Shown here: positions 25,128-33,067 of the stretch, one piece after another
Layout: every line of letters starts with the position of its first letter
Numbering within the stretch: the first letter of the stretch is position 1
From: an uncultured delta proteobacterium
Lineage (GTDB): Bacteria > Desulfobacterota > Syntrophia > Syntrophales > Fen-1087
DNA: 64,000 nucleotides
Direction: 5' to 3'
Assembly: GCA_963709485.1 (NCBI GenBank)
Contig: CAVPWE010000007.1
Span: 78,858-142,857, forward strand
Program-made: the position numbers and the translations under genes
The notes under the pieces: model-generated
Told to the model about the DNA's origin: nothing
Database searches by the model: none
The model's input: the letters and a program-made list of their open reading frames with translations, nothing else

Positions 25128-26069
25128 ATGTCCGCCAAATACGCCGAGGCCCTGGGCAACATCCCGCCGCCGGGGTGCGGCTGCCATCCGTTTCTGCTCT
25201 CCGTGTCGAATTACGGGGTCATGGCGGGCCTTTCGCCCGAGACCATATACTCGGACATCTCGGCGGCCATCCCTCCAGGGGAACGGCGCATCTCGGACCG
25301 GGAGATCGAGTCGGCCATCAAGAAGGCACTGCAGGACCACGGCAAGGGCGGAGGGTACATCCCCCGGAAGCCGGAGCCGGTCGTAAAGGACGGCCGAGCG
25401 GCGCGGGAACGGATCATCAACAAGGCGCGGATCACGGACGAAGCGGACCTGTGGGACGCATCCCCGATCCGCCTGTGGGATGAACCGGACCAGGACGCGG
25501 TCCTGTTCCTCAATGTGGTGTTCCTCCCCGACGACCAGGTCTGGATCGGGGAGCGTACCGATCCGGGCATCCTCGGCGTGAACATCAAGTCCGCCGCCGT
25601 ATGGATCGAACATTTCAAAGCGGGCGGGACATCCGGCCCGTTCATCATCATCAATCCCCTGTCCGGCAAGTGGGCAAACGTCAAGGGCGGCGATGGGATC
25701 ACCTTCCGGGGCGATAATAACGTGGCGGATTTCGCTCATTGCCTTGTTGAGTTTGACAACATCCCCCGAGAGGAGCAGCTGCGGTTTTGGGCCGCCGCAA
25801 ATCTTCCCATCGTCGCCTTGATTGATTCCGGCGGCAAGAGCATTCACGCCTGGATCGAGGTTCAGAAGCTGGCGGTCGTGAACACGCTTGCCGAGTGGCA
25901 GCAGCACATCAAGTGCCGCCTCTATGACGGGAACCTGGTCCCGATGGGCGTTGATCCGGCCTGCTCTAATCCATCCCGCCTGTCCAGGCTACCAGGACAT
26001 TTCAGACAAGAAAAAAATTCATATCAGAAAATCCTTTGGCTATCGCCGGAGGGGAGGACGATCCAATGA
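25128..26069 (+). CDS. Archaeo-eukaryotic-primase (prim-pol)-like replication protein
   Basis: This is the internal ATG of ORF 25056..26069. The acidic motif CLVEFDN and the motif SGGKSIHAWI fit AEP motifs I and II (DxD-like and sGxGxH). The ending SRLSRLPG is typical of plasmid/satellite primase domains. Confidence 0.5.
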   Translation: MSAKYAEALGNIPPPGCGCHPFLLSVSNYGVMAGLSPETIYSDISAAIPPGERRISDREIESAIKKALQDHGKGGGYIPRKPEPVVKDGRAARERIINKARITDEADLWDASPIRLWDEPDQDAVLFLNVVFLPDDQVWIGERTDPGILGVNIKSAAVWIEHFKAGGTSGPFIIINPLSGKWANVKGGDGITFRGDNNVADFAHCLVEFDNIPREEQLRFWAAANLPIVALIDSGGKSIHAWIEVQKLAVVNTLAEWQQHIKCRLYDGNLVPMGVDPACSNPSRLSRLPGHFRQEKNSYQKILWLSPEGRTIQ

Positions 26070-27136
26070 ACGGAATGGATGGGTTTGAGAATCAGGCACG
26101 GGCAGCGCAACTGCTGCCGCTTGTCAGCGCCGCCGCCTACCTGGAACATGAGCCGCCGGAGCCGGATCAGATTTTCACGGATACGCTTGATGCGGGCGAT
26201 AAAATGACCATCATCGCACCGTCAAAGCTCCGCAAGTCCTTTTTTACACAGCAAATGGCCCTGTCACTCGCAGCCGGTCGAGACTTTCTGAAATGGGAAG
26301 TCCCGAAGGCCCGCCGTGTCCTCTACTGCCAGTTTGAAATCAAGTCGAACCACAGCCACAGGCGAATCCGTAATCTTGCCAAGGCGATGAATCTCCATCC
26401 CGAGGACATCGGGGATCGCCTCATGGTTGTCAACGGGCGCGGCCTGGGCCTGATCGGACCGGACGGGGTGAAACGGATTCAAGAGGCGGCTGCGGCATTC
26501 AATCCCGAGGTGATTGTATTCGATCCCCTCTACAAGATCGCCGGGGGAGTTGAGAACGCTGCCGAGGATATGAAAACGATTCTCAACAGCTTTGATGTCC
26601 TGGCCGAGCAGACCGGAGCCGCGATCATCTATGTTCACCATGATCCAAAAGGATCGCCGGGGGAGCGTGACCTTCGGGATCGCGGATCAGGATCGAACGT
26701 CCTGGGCCGTGACTACGACGCGGCGGTCATGCTGACGCCTCACGCATCGGAAGACGAAGCCGCGGTAGTGGAGACCATCCTCCGCAACTATCGGCCACAG
26801 GAACCATTCACGGCCATCTGGGGCGAGGATGAGGGCGGCGGATACTGTTTCCGCATCGACTATGACATCACGCCGGAAAAGAAGACAGCGAAGAACAAAA
26901 CGCCGAAACTGCCGATGCCTGCATATGCACCGACAGCCGCCCAAATCCTGGGCGACGGTGAAATGGACATCGGGCCGTTTAAAACTGCCTTCAAAGAAGC
27001 AACGGGGCTATCCGATGGGCGTATACGTGACTTCATGCAATGGGCAGAATCAGGTGGAAATCCGTTCATGAAATCGGACGAAAACAGAGGCCGAGGGCAT
27101 TACCGAAAATGGGTTTGGCTGAACAAAAAGAAATAG
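26066..27136 (+). CDS. RepA/AAA_25-like (RecA-fold) ATPase, putative replicative helicase
   Basis: The start shares an ATGA overlap with the prim-pol gene. Walker-B-like VIVFDPLYK and the blocks IIYVHHDPKG and RGSGSNVLGRDYDAAVML follow the RepA-helicase pattern. The P-loop is atypical (APSKLRKS). Confidence 0.6.
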   Translation: MNGMDGFENQARAAQLLPLVSAAAYLEHEPPEPDQIFTDTLDAGDKMTIIAPSKLRKSFFTQQMALSLAAGRDFLKWEVPKARRVLYCQFEIKSNHSHRRIRNLAKAMNLHPEDIGDRLMVVNGRGLGLIGPDGVKRIQEAAAAFNPEVIVFDPLYKIAGGVENAAEDMKTILNSFDVLAEQTGAAIIYVHHDPKGSPGERDLRDRGSGSNVLGRDYDAAVMLTPHASEDEAAVVETILRNYRPQEPFTAIWGEDEGGGYCFRIDYDITPEKKTAKNKTPKLPMPAYAPTAAQILGDGEMDIGPFKTAFKEATGLSDGRIRDFMQWAESGGNPFMKSDENRGRGHYRKWVWLNKKK

Positions 27137-27290
27137 GCTTGTTAGGCTTGTTAGGCTTGTCAATAAATAGGACGCAAAGCCTAACGGCCCTATTATAGGC
27201 TTTGGCTTGTCACCTATATTATAGGTGACGTGCCAAAGCCTAAAGGCCACTGCACGACCAAAATTATTAAATAGGCTTGTCACTCTTATT
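27134..27290. repeat. Iteron block with a perfect palindrome: candidate replication origin of island C
   Basis: TAGGCTTGT occurs three times in perfect tandem (27134-27160), with further copies at ~27197-27209 (TAGGCTTTGGCTTGT) and 27272-27280. Inverted copies CAAAGCCTAA lie at ~27175-27184 and ~27233-27242. The palindrome GTCACCTATAT/TATAGGTGAC lies at 27209-27229. Confidence 0.55.
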
Positions 27291-27546
27291 TGAGGGGACA
27301 AAATGAAAAGGCGAAAATACCGAGGTCGGCCATTTTGGGACGATAACCCGATAACCAGGAAACCGATCTCCATGCAGCAGAAGATCGACCGGGTGCTGGA
27401 ATGCCTGGGGCCTGGGGCCATCATTCCAGGGAAAGTTACTCATGTTTCGGTACAGCACGACGCGGATGTCCAGCTCTAAAAACTCATAACCTGGCCGATT
27501 GTACCTGTGACTTCGATGTCGGGGTAAAGAAGCCGGACGCCTGACC

Positions 27547-27843
27547 ATGCAAATGCCATTCGGAAAATATTGTGGCGCGGACCTGGGGGACATCCCGGAC
27601 AGTTACCTTGAATGGCTGTTCGGCCTGGAGGACTTGCGGGAGCCGCTGCGGTCGGCCGTGATCCTGGAGCGGGCAGCACGTCGGCGGGACTTCTACGACG
27701 AACCTTCGGCAAATATGCCGGATGTCCAGGACAGGGTGCGGTCGGTATATCGGGAGCTGTCTATCAAGTACCATCCCGATACAGGCGGCAGCCATCTGGC
27801 GCAATGTGCGATCAACGAGTTCTATGAACGGGTAAAGCAATAG
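27547..27843 (+). CDS. DUF3820-like N-terminus fused to a J-domain-like segment (HPD motif)
   Basis: MQMPFGKYCGADLGDIPDSYLEWLF resembles DUF3820. VRSVYRELSIKYHPDTGGSHLAQCAINEFYERV resembles J-domain helix II, the HPD motif and helix III. Confidence 0.5.
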   Translation: MQMPFGKYCGADLGDIPDSYLEWLFGLEDLREPLRSAVILERAARRRDFYDEPSANMPDVQDRVRSVYRELSIKYHPDTGGSHLAQCAINEFYERVKQ

Positions 27844-27852
27844 GGGGTGGTC

Positions 27853-28149
27853 ATGGAATCCGAATTGAAGTTTATGGATTGGACGAAAGACACGGACAGA
27901 ATGAAGGAATGGAAAAGCACCAAAAGCTGCGGAACGGTTAAGTATATCAAAAGGCACGATAGCATTGTCATCGATCCGAAGGGACATGAATACTATATTG
28001 AAATGGACAGGCTTAAGACGGCCGAACAGGCTTTCTGCTGGATATGCCATCTCCATCAAAAGATATGGTTCACGCCTCAAATGCTGTCCGATCTTGTTTA
28101 TGTCATAACCAGGACAACGACGATAAACGAATACTGCGACAAGGATTGA
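27853..28149 (+). CDS. Hypothetical protein
   Basis: The ORF track gives 27847..28149. I chose the ATG at 27853, which follows GGGGGTGG. The region is locally AT-richer. No family recognised. Confidence 0.35.
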   Translation: MESELKFMDWTKDTDRMKEWKSTKSCGTVKYIKRHDSIVIDPKGHEYYIEMDRLKTAEQAFCWICHLHQKIWFTPQMLSDLVYVITRTTTINEYCDKD

Positions 28150-28161
28150 CGGAGGGACATC

Positions 28162-28422
28162 ATGGACAATCAAGCGTTTGAATTGAGGCGGTTAGGTTTG
28201 CGGCAGATGATGGGGCAGGAGCAGTTCATTGAGCTTTACGATCAGGAGCTGTCCTCCCTGCTGGAGGAAGTCAAGGCCGATCCTGATGAGGACCGAAGGC
28301 GGGCGCAGACCGAGCGACTAAAGACAGATGGCAAGCATCAGATCGCATACTTGATGTCGCTATACATGGCCGGATTGCAACGTGGCGAGGATAAGGAAGA
28401 GGTCGAGCAATGCCAAAGCTGA
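28162..28422 (+). CDS. Hypothetical helical protein
   Basis: The 86-aa ORF follows a GGAGGG RBS. The sequence is charged and looks coiled-coil-like. No family recognised. Confidence 0.35.
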   Translation: MDNQAFELRRLGLRQMMGQEQFIELYDQELSSLLEEVKADPDEDRRRAQTERLKTDGKHQIAYLMSLYMAGLQRGEDKEEVEQCQS

Positions 28423-28565
28423 AACGATGTCGGGTCAAAGGCTGTCAGCGTCCAGTGTTTTATCAAGGATATTGTAGGGCCTGCCTCAATCGCTTTGCTT
28501 GGGGGACAGCCGATTCGTTACTGGCCGCCGGCAGACATGGAGACGGCGACAGTGCAGCCGGATGA
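28410..28565 (+). CDS. Small 4-Cys zinc-ribbon-like protein
   Basis: This 51-aa ORF is below the ORF-track cutoff and overlaps the previous stop. The product begins MPKLKRCRVKGCQRPVFYQGYCRACLNRF. The C-x4-C ... C-x2-C pattern resembles short zinc modules common in phage HNH-type proteins. Confidence 0.3.
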   Translation: MPKLKRCRVKGCQRPVFYQGYCRACLNRFAWGTADSLLAAGRHGDGDSAAG

Positions 28566-28734
28566 GACAAGGAAAGAGGCAAGAGGATATGACCTACACA
28601 TACACCTGGAAGAACACCAGCAAGAGGGCGCAGTTGTGTGGCCGTGAATGTGAAGCGATCGCATTCTTCGTTAAGATGCGTTCCGCCTGGGTCCGGTTCG
28701 AGAACGGCCAGGAGGAATGTGTTAGACGCGCACA

Positions 28735-28998
28735 TTGAGAAGGAAAGATCGACAGCAGCAGCGGGCGGCGGCCAAGATGCTGGGGGTGAGCAAGTCAACC
28801 GTATTAAGAGATGCTGGTCCAAATGGACCAAAAACCACAGTCGCGCATGAAGAAAATCAGGCAGTTAGCGAGGGCGTTGGTCCAAATGGACCAAAGCCCT
28901 CTCCGCTCCTGGCGGCCATCGAGAAGACGGGGGAGACGGAAGTGATAACGATGGCTTACCGGGGCTATGATAGCCTTGTAGACGGCGCGGGAAATTAA
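28735..28998 (+). CDS. Small HTH protein containing two copies of an 18-nt palindromic repeat
   Basis: The 87-aa product has the HTH-like segment AAKMLGVSKSTVLRD. The peptide GPNGPK is repeated because of the DNA repeat at 28815-28832 and 28878-28895. Confidence 0.3.
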   Translation: MRRKDRQQQRAAAKMLGVSKSTVLRDAGPNGPKTTVAHEENQAVSEGVGPNGPKPSPLLAAIEKTGETEVITMAYRGYDSLVDGAGN

Positions 28999-29069
28999 CC
29001 ATTCGCGGTCGATCGCATTCAAATTATTAATGTTTTGCTTTGAAAAATATCGCCTAAATGGTGTGTTAA

Positions 29070-29523
29070 GTGTTTGAAAACCATAGAAAACAGGCAGAAG
29101 AAGCTGCGGATGTGCTGCGGCGGGATTACGACATAAGCGATTCTGCCGGTCTTTTGCTGCTGAAGAGCTTCACTTCAATCTACGCCTACGGAGTTGGCTT
29201 GTCAATCTTGAATGAGTAAATATGGGTTGTTGGTCAAGGATCGATTCGGACAACCAAAAGACCATCCGCTTTTGAAGATCCCCTTCGGAGACGCAAGGGC
29301 GCAGAAGCTTATGGTCCTGAAGGCGCTCGGCCTCGACTTCGCCGAGCAGAACAGCAGCGGTCCCGGCAGGCCGCCCGAGGGGGTACTGGATGAGATCGAC
29401 ACGGCGAGGCGGGAAACTGCCTGCAAAGCTGGACGGGTTCACGGAATTGCACCTTCTAACCGGCTGCTGTTTCTGTGGCTGCAAAGCCTGTTATGGTCCC
29501 GCCGGGATCGCGAGGCACAGTGA
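29070..29523 (+). pseudogene. Phage terminase small-subunit (P27-like) remnant, frameshifted
   Basis: ...RRDYDISDSAGLLLLKSFTSIYAYGVGLSILNE* ends at a stop at 29217-29219 and continues in another frame as KYGLLVKDRFGQPKDHPLLKIPFGDARAQKLMVLKALGLDF. Together these fit the P27 terS pattern (dG l v.DRFGQ.k.hPll ... LgL). Confidence 0.4.
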
Positions 29524-29979
29524 GAAGGAAGCCTACGCCATGAACGAAAACGCAAGGGAGCTTTGGCGCAGGCACAGAAACGCCCTGCTGCTAATCTGGC
29601 GTGATGCTGACGCCCTGCCGACTGGCGGCGGGTTCTCGGCAAAAGGACAGGCAGGCTGCAGTCAGTGACTTTCCCTGCTATTCGGAGGTTGTGTTTGACG
29701 GCATAAAATGGCCAAGAAAGGATGGCAAGTGGCCGCCTGTGGTCAAGCATATTTGGGGGCATATTGACGATCAGTTGAAACGATGAACATACCGCCACGG
29801 GACGAGGCACAGGTAAGAGGATGCCGCGTTGTAAAGCACATCCCGCCAGGTTGGTGAGAGTCGCGACCTCATCCGCATGGCCAGGCCGCCGCTGGGCTTC
29901 TTCCCGGATCTGCCGATGGAAAATCACAGATCCGGGAAACCATATGCAGCACAAAACTAAAAATAAGAGGTGATTGAAA

Positions 29980-31235
29980 ATGACCAAGAGACGAAGAAAA
30001 TATGAAAAAGTACCCGATAGGTCCACGCGATCCACGCGAATGCGAAACGTGAACGGCGGGCGCTTACCGATCAAGAGAAGCAGCTCATCCGGGAATTTCA
30101 AGAGCTTCAGAATGAGGAGTTCCGCGATCTTCCCGCAAACCGGCCTTTGACACTCCAGGGGCCGAGCGGCAGCGGCAGCCGGTCCCGTGAGGGGTCCGTT
30201 CAAAAACCTGGGCGAGCAGATCGGGCTGGTTGTCAGAGCGGGAACACCTGGCGGAGAAATCGATCCCAGACTGCATGAGATTCGCGCTGCGTCGGGGCTT
30301 GGGGAGACGGTACCTCTGAGGCCGGATTCCTGGTTCAGAGAAGTTTTTCAAATGATCTCCTCCAGCAGCTTTACCAGACCGGCGTCCTGCTCCCGCGCTG
30401 CCGCCGCATTCAGATCGGCCCGAACAGCAACGGGATCAAGATGAACATGATCGATGAGACCTCCAGGGTCAGCACCCGCAGCGGCGGAATCGTCGGATCT
30501 GGAAGGACGAGGCCAGCGAGCTTACGGCCAGCAAGCCGAAGTTCAGACAAATCGGGTTGAATCTGAAGAAGCTGACGGGCATCTGTTATCTGACGGATGA
30601 ATTAATTGCGGACACGGTTGCGCTGGAGAGCGTGGTTTCACAGGCATTCGTGTCCGAGTTCGGATTTTTGGTCGATGACGCCATTTGCAATGGAACCGGG
30701 GCAGGGCAGCCACTTGGACTGTTGAATGCCGGTTGTTTGGTATCAGTTGCAAAGGAGACCGGGCAGAAAGCGGCGAGTGTGGTTTATGAGAACATCACAA
30801 AAATGTGGTCGCGTCTTTTGCCGCAATCCGAAGCAACCGCGGCATGGTACATCAATCGGAATATCCTGCCGCAGCTTTACGCCATGAGCCTCTCCGTCGG
30901 AACAGGTGGTGTTCCGGTTTTCATGCCCGCAAACGGCCTGTCGGGGCTTCCCTTCAATACGCTGCTCGGAAAGCCGGTCATCCCGATCGAGCAGGCGGCA
31001 ACGCTCGGCACGGTTGGCGACATCATCTGGCCGACCTAAATTCCTATATTGTGGCGGAAAAGGGGAGAATCGAGCAGGCGGGACCAGTTTGCATGTAAGA
31101 CTTTTTGTTCGATGAGGCCATTCTGCGGTGGACATATCGTCTTGATGGCCAACCAATGCTCACGCATCCGCGCTGACGCCCCACAAAGGCAGCGATGCGC
31201 TTTCGCCCTTTGTGGTCCTGGCAACGCGGGCCTGA
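29980..31235 (+). pseudogene. HK97-fold phage major capsid protein gene, broken at five or more places
   Basis: The longest intact piece is ORF 30557..31039 (LTGICYLTDELI...GTGAGQPLGLLNAG...PVFMPANGLSGLPFNTLLGKPVIPIEQAATLGTVGDII). The N-terminal coiled coil, the FKNLGEQIGLVVRAGTPGGEIDPRLHEIRAASGLGETVP block and the C-terminus LADLNSYIVAEKG...SPFVVLATRA lie in other frames. Confidence 0.7.
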
Positions 31236-32228
31236 CATTTAACACGGTCGCGGGGCTTGACGGTCCGGGCCTTTAGATCATGCTCTCTCGCGGGGGCATG
31301 AACTGCAGGTGCGGGATCCTGTCGGGTTCGCCCGGTAAGTCCCGATGGGGACAAGCCGGAGAGTGTCCTCATTTCAGAAACAACCTCCGGCGGACCGGAG
31401 CGGGGGTCTCCACTCCCGTGATCCTGGCAGCCTGGTGGCCACCACCACCAGGTGATCGAGAGGGACGCGGTCGCCTCCGTGCCTGCGCTCCTCTTTTTAC
31501 TCTCCTCTCCAGGCGGCCATGCACGATCACGACGATGTTGAACGAGTCCCTTAACGCGACGGCATCATTCGCCTGTGGAACGCGGTCACCTTGAATGCGA
31601 TTGAACGATTCGGTGTATCGGAGTCGATCACCGGCGGCACAGGCGGCGATGGAGCTTCTACTTTAATGAGTGAAACATCTTTTTAGCAGCGGTATGCGAG
31701 TTCTCTCACACCAGAAAGGGCCAGGGAACTGATCCGCGGGCCGCATGACGGCTTGCCAGGATCGACGAGGTTCAACGATCTGTGACCGGCAGGGGTGACG
31801 GGATGGGGTAATTTTCTAATTGAGCACAAAAGCCGAAGGGGGTCAGGCTATGACCACCACAGTGGTAGTCAGTGACCAACGTTTTGTTAGTCGGGGGGGG
31901 AGATGATCGTTTATCATCATATGGGTGTGGACGCAACAAGGCACACGAAGATCAAGGCCGTCGTCTCCTTCGATCACAGAAACGTGCCGCCGCGCGCAAC
32001 CGGCCATCGTTCGACAGGACGGTGGGGCCATCGGCCTGCGGTCCTGGACTGCCCTGAGATTACGCGCAAGGTGGAGAAGGCGGCGCCGGGGGAGTTGGCG
32101 GCCGTGCCGGAAGCTGGGGTTCATGTAGTGCGGTGATGGAGCACGTTCAAGGGTGGCGAATATGACAGCCGGGAGGAAGTGGGAATCTAATTCCGCAAAT
32201 TGCAAAATAGATTCCCAGGCCGAGGCCG

Positions 32229-32547
32229 TTGCTGGACATCGAGGCGCGGATCGGGGAGCTGCTGCCGAGTCCAGAGAGGAGGCAAGCCGAAAATCGGGGC
32301 ACAATCGCCCGAATAGGGAAGACCTACTCCCAAGGAAGAAAAAGTGCCAAGGGGTGTACCCGAAGGGATCACCCGAAAGAAGGCCCATCAAGCCCGGACG
32401 ATCAAGGCGCATCCGGACATCGTGGCCCGCGACTTCCTGCAGAAGGAAATGGCAAAGAATTTAAGACTTCTGGCAAAATTGCCAGAGGTCTTTTTCGCCA
32501 ACGAGCATGCTTTCGATACTGCGAAGGGCATCGGGCATCGGTCGTGA
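32229..32547 (+). pseudogene. Decayed phage-type gene (frameshifted), family not identified
   Basis: LLDIEARIGELLPS... (ORF 32229) and ...PRGVPEGITRKKAHQARTIKAHPDIVARDFLQKE (ORF 32344) are consecutive pieces of one protein pattern but lie in two frames. Confidence 0.25.
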
Positions 32548-33044
32548 AGTGATTCTCAAGCGAGTTTCTCTTAGGAGGTTCATGGAAGGAATGGAGAGGC
32601 TTTCTTTTCTAAATTTATAAGAAGGGTGGAAGACGTGTCTAAATTTATACACGACTTTTTGCAGAAGGAGATGGCCGAAAAGGTGGAATGAGTTATCTGA
32701 TGAATCTATCAGAAAACTCTTTCGAGAGGGATGAGAGGTCGCTGATAAAATCTATGTTCGAGCGATCTATTCAAGGATGGCCATGCTTTTAACACATGCA
32801 AAGCACAGGGCGTTGGTTGATGACCTTGGAAACCGTTCCGGGTTGCCCGCGACTTTCTGCGGCGGCGGATGGCGGGGGATTGGAGAGAGTGTCTAACTTT
32901 ATACACTGAGCTATTCTGATGAGGATGTGCTATGGCTTTAGGTCTGCCAAAGGGCCAGGGCATCGGATGGCAGACCATCCTCAGAGTTTCTCGGCGGTTC
33001 ATGGAAAGTTGGTCAAGTGTGGACAAACGTGGACACAGTAAAGA

Positions 33045-33067
33045 GGGCCTCCCCTTCGGGAAGCCCC
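33045..33067 (-). terminator. Hairpin immediately downstream of tRNA-Lys, supplied by the end of island C
   Basis: On the minus strand, GGGGCTTCCC GAAG GGGAGGCCC starts 6 nt after the CCA end and is followed by TCTTTAC. The stem has 9 bp with one mismatch. Confidence 0.4.

Noticed and set aside
27134-27160. Tandem 9-mers, which could be mistaken for a mini-CRISPR or a microsatellite.
   Set aside because: The units are contiguous with no spacers. No cas genes are present. The context (rep genes, inverted copies, AT-rich palindrome) fits iterons.
27303-27479. 58-aa ORF just after the iteron block (MKRRKYRGRPFWDDNPITRKPISMQQKIDRVLECLGPGAIIPGKVTHVSVQHDADVQL).
   Set aside because: It has a plausible start, but I recognise no family. 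The sequence after its stop still looks coding in the same frame (..TWPIVPVTSMSG), which hints at a nonsense-disrupted gene. Support is insufficient.
28589-28738. 49-aa ORF (MTYTYTWKNTSKRAQLCGRECEAIAFFVKMRSAWVRFENGQEECVRRAH), the tail of track ORF 28499-28738.
   Set aside because: It has a reasonable RBS (AGAGG) and vaguely resembles small phage proteins. It is too short and unsupported to list.
29439-30203. 254-aa minus-strand ORF, and 189-aa minus-strand ORF at 31843-32412.
   Set aside because: Both are antisense to recognisable, broken phage genes on the plus strand (the terS and capsid remnants, and the decayed 32.2-kb gene). Both have low-complexity Arg/Pro/Leu-rich products.
31236-32228. 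About 1 kb after the capsid remnant where head-completion genes would be expected.
   Set aside because: Only short ORFs in mixed frames are present, and I could not recognise any motif. I left the region unannotated rather than guess connector or adaptor genes.
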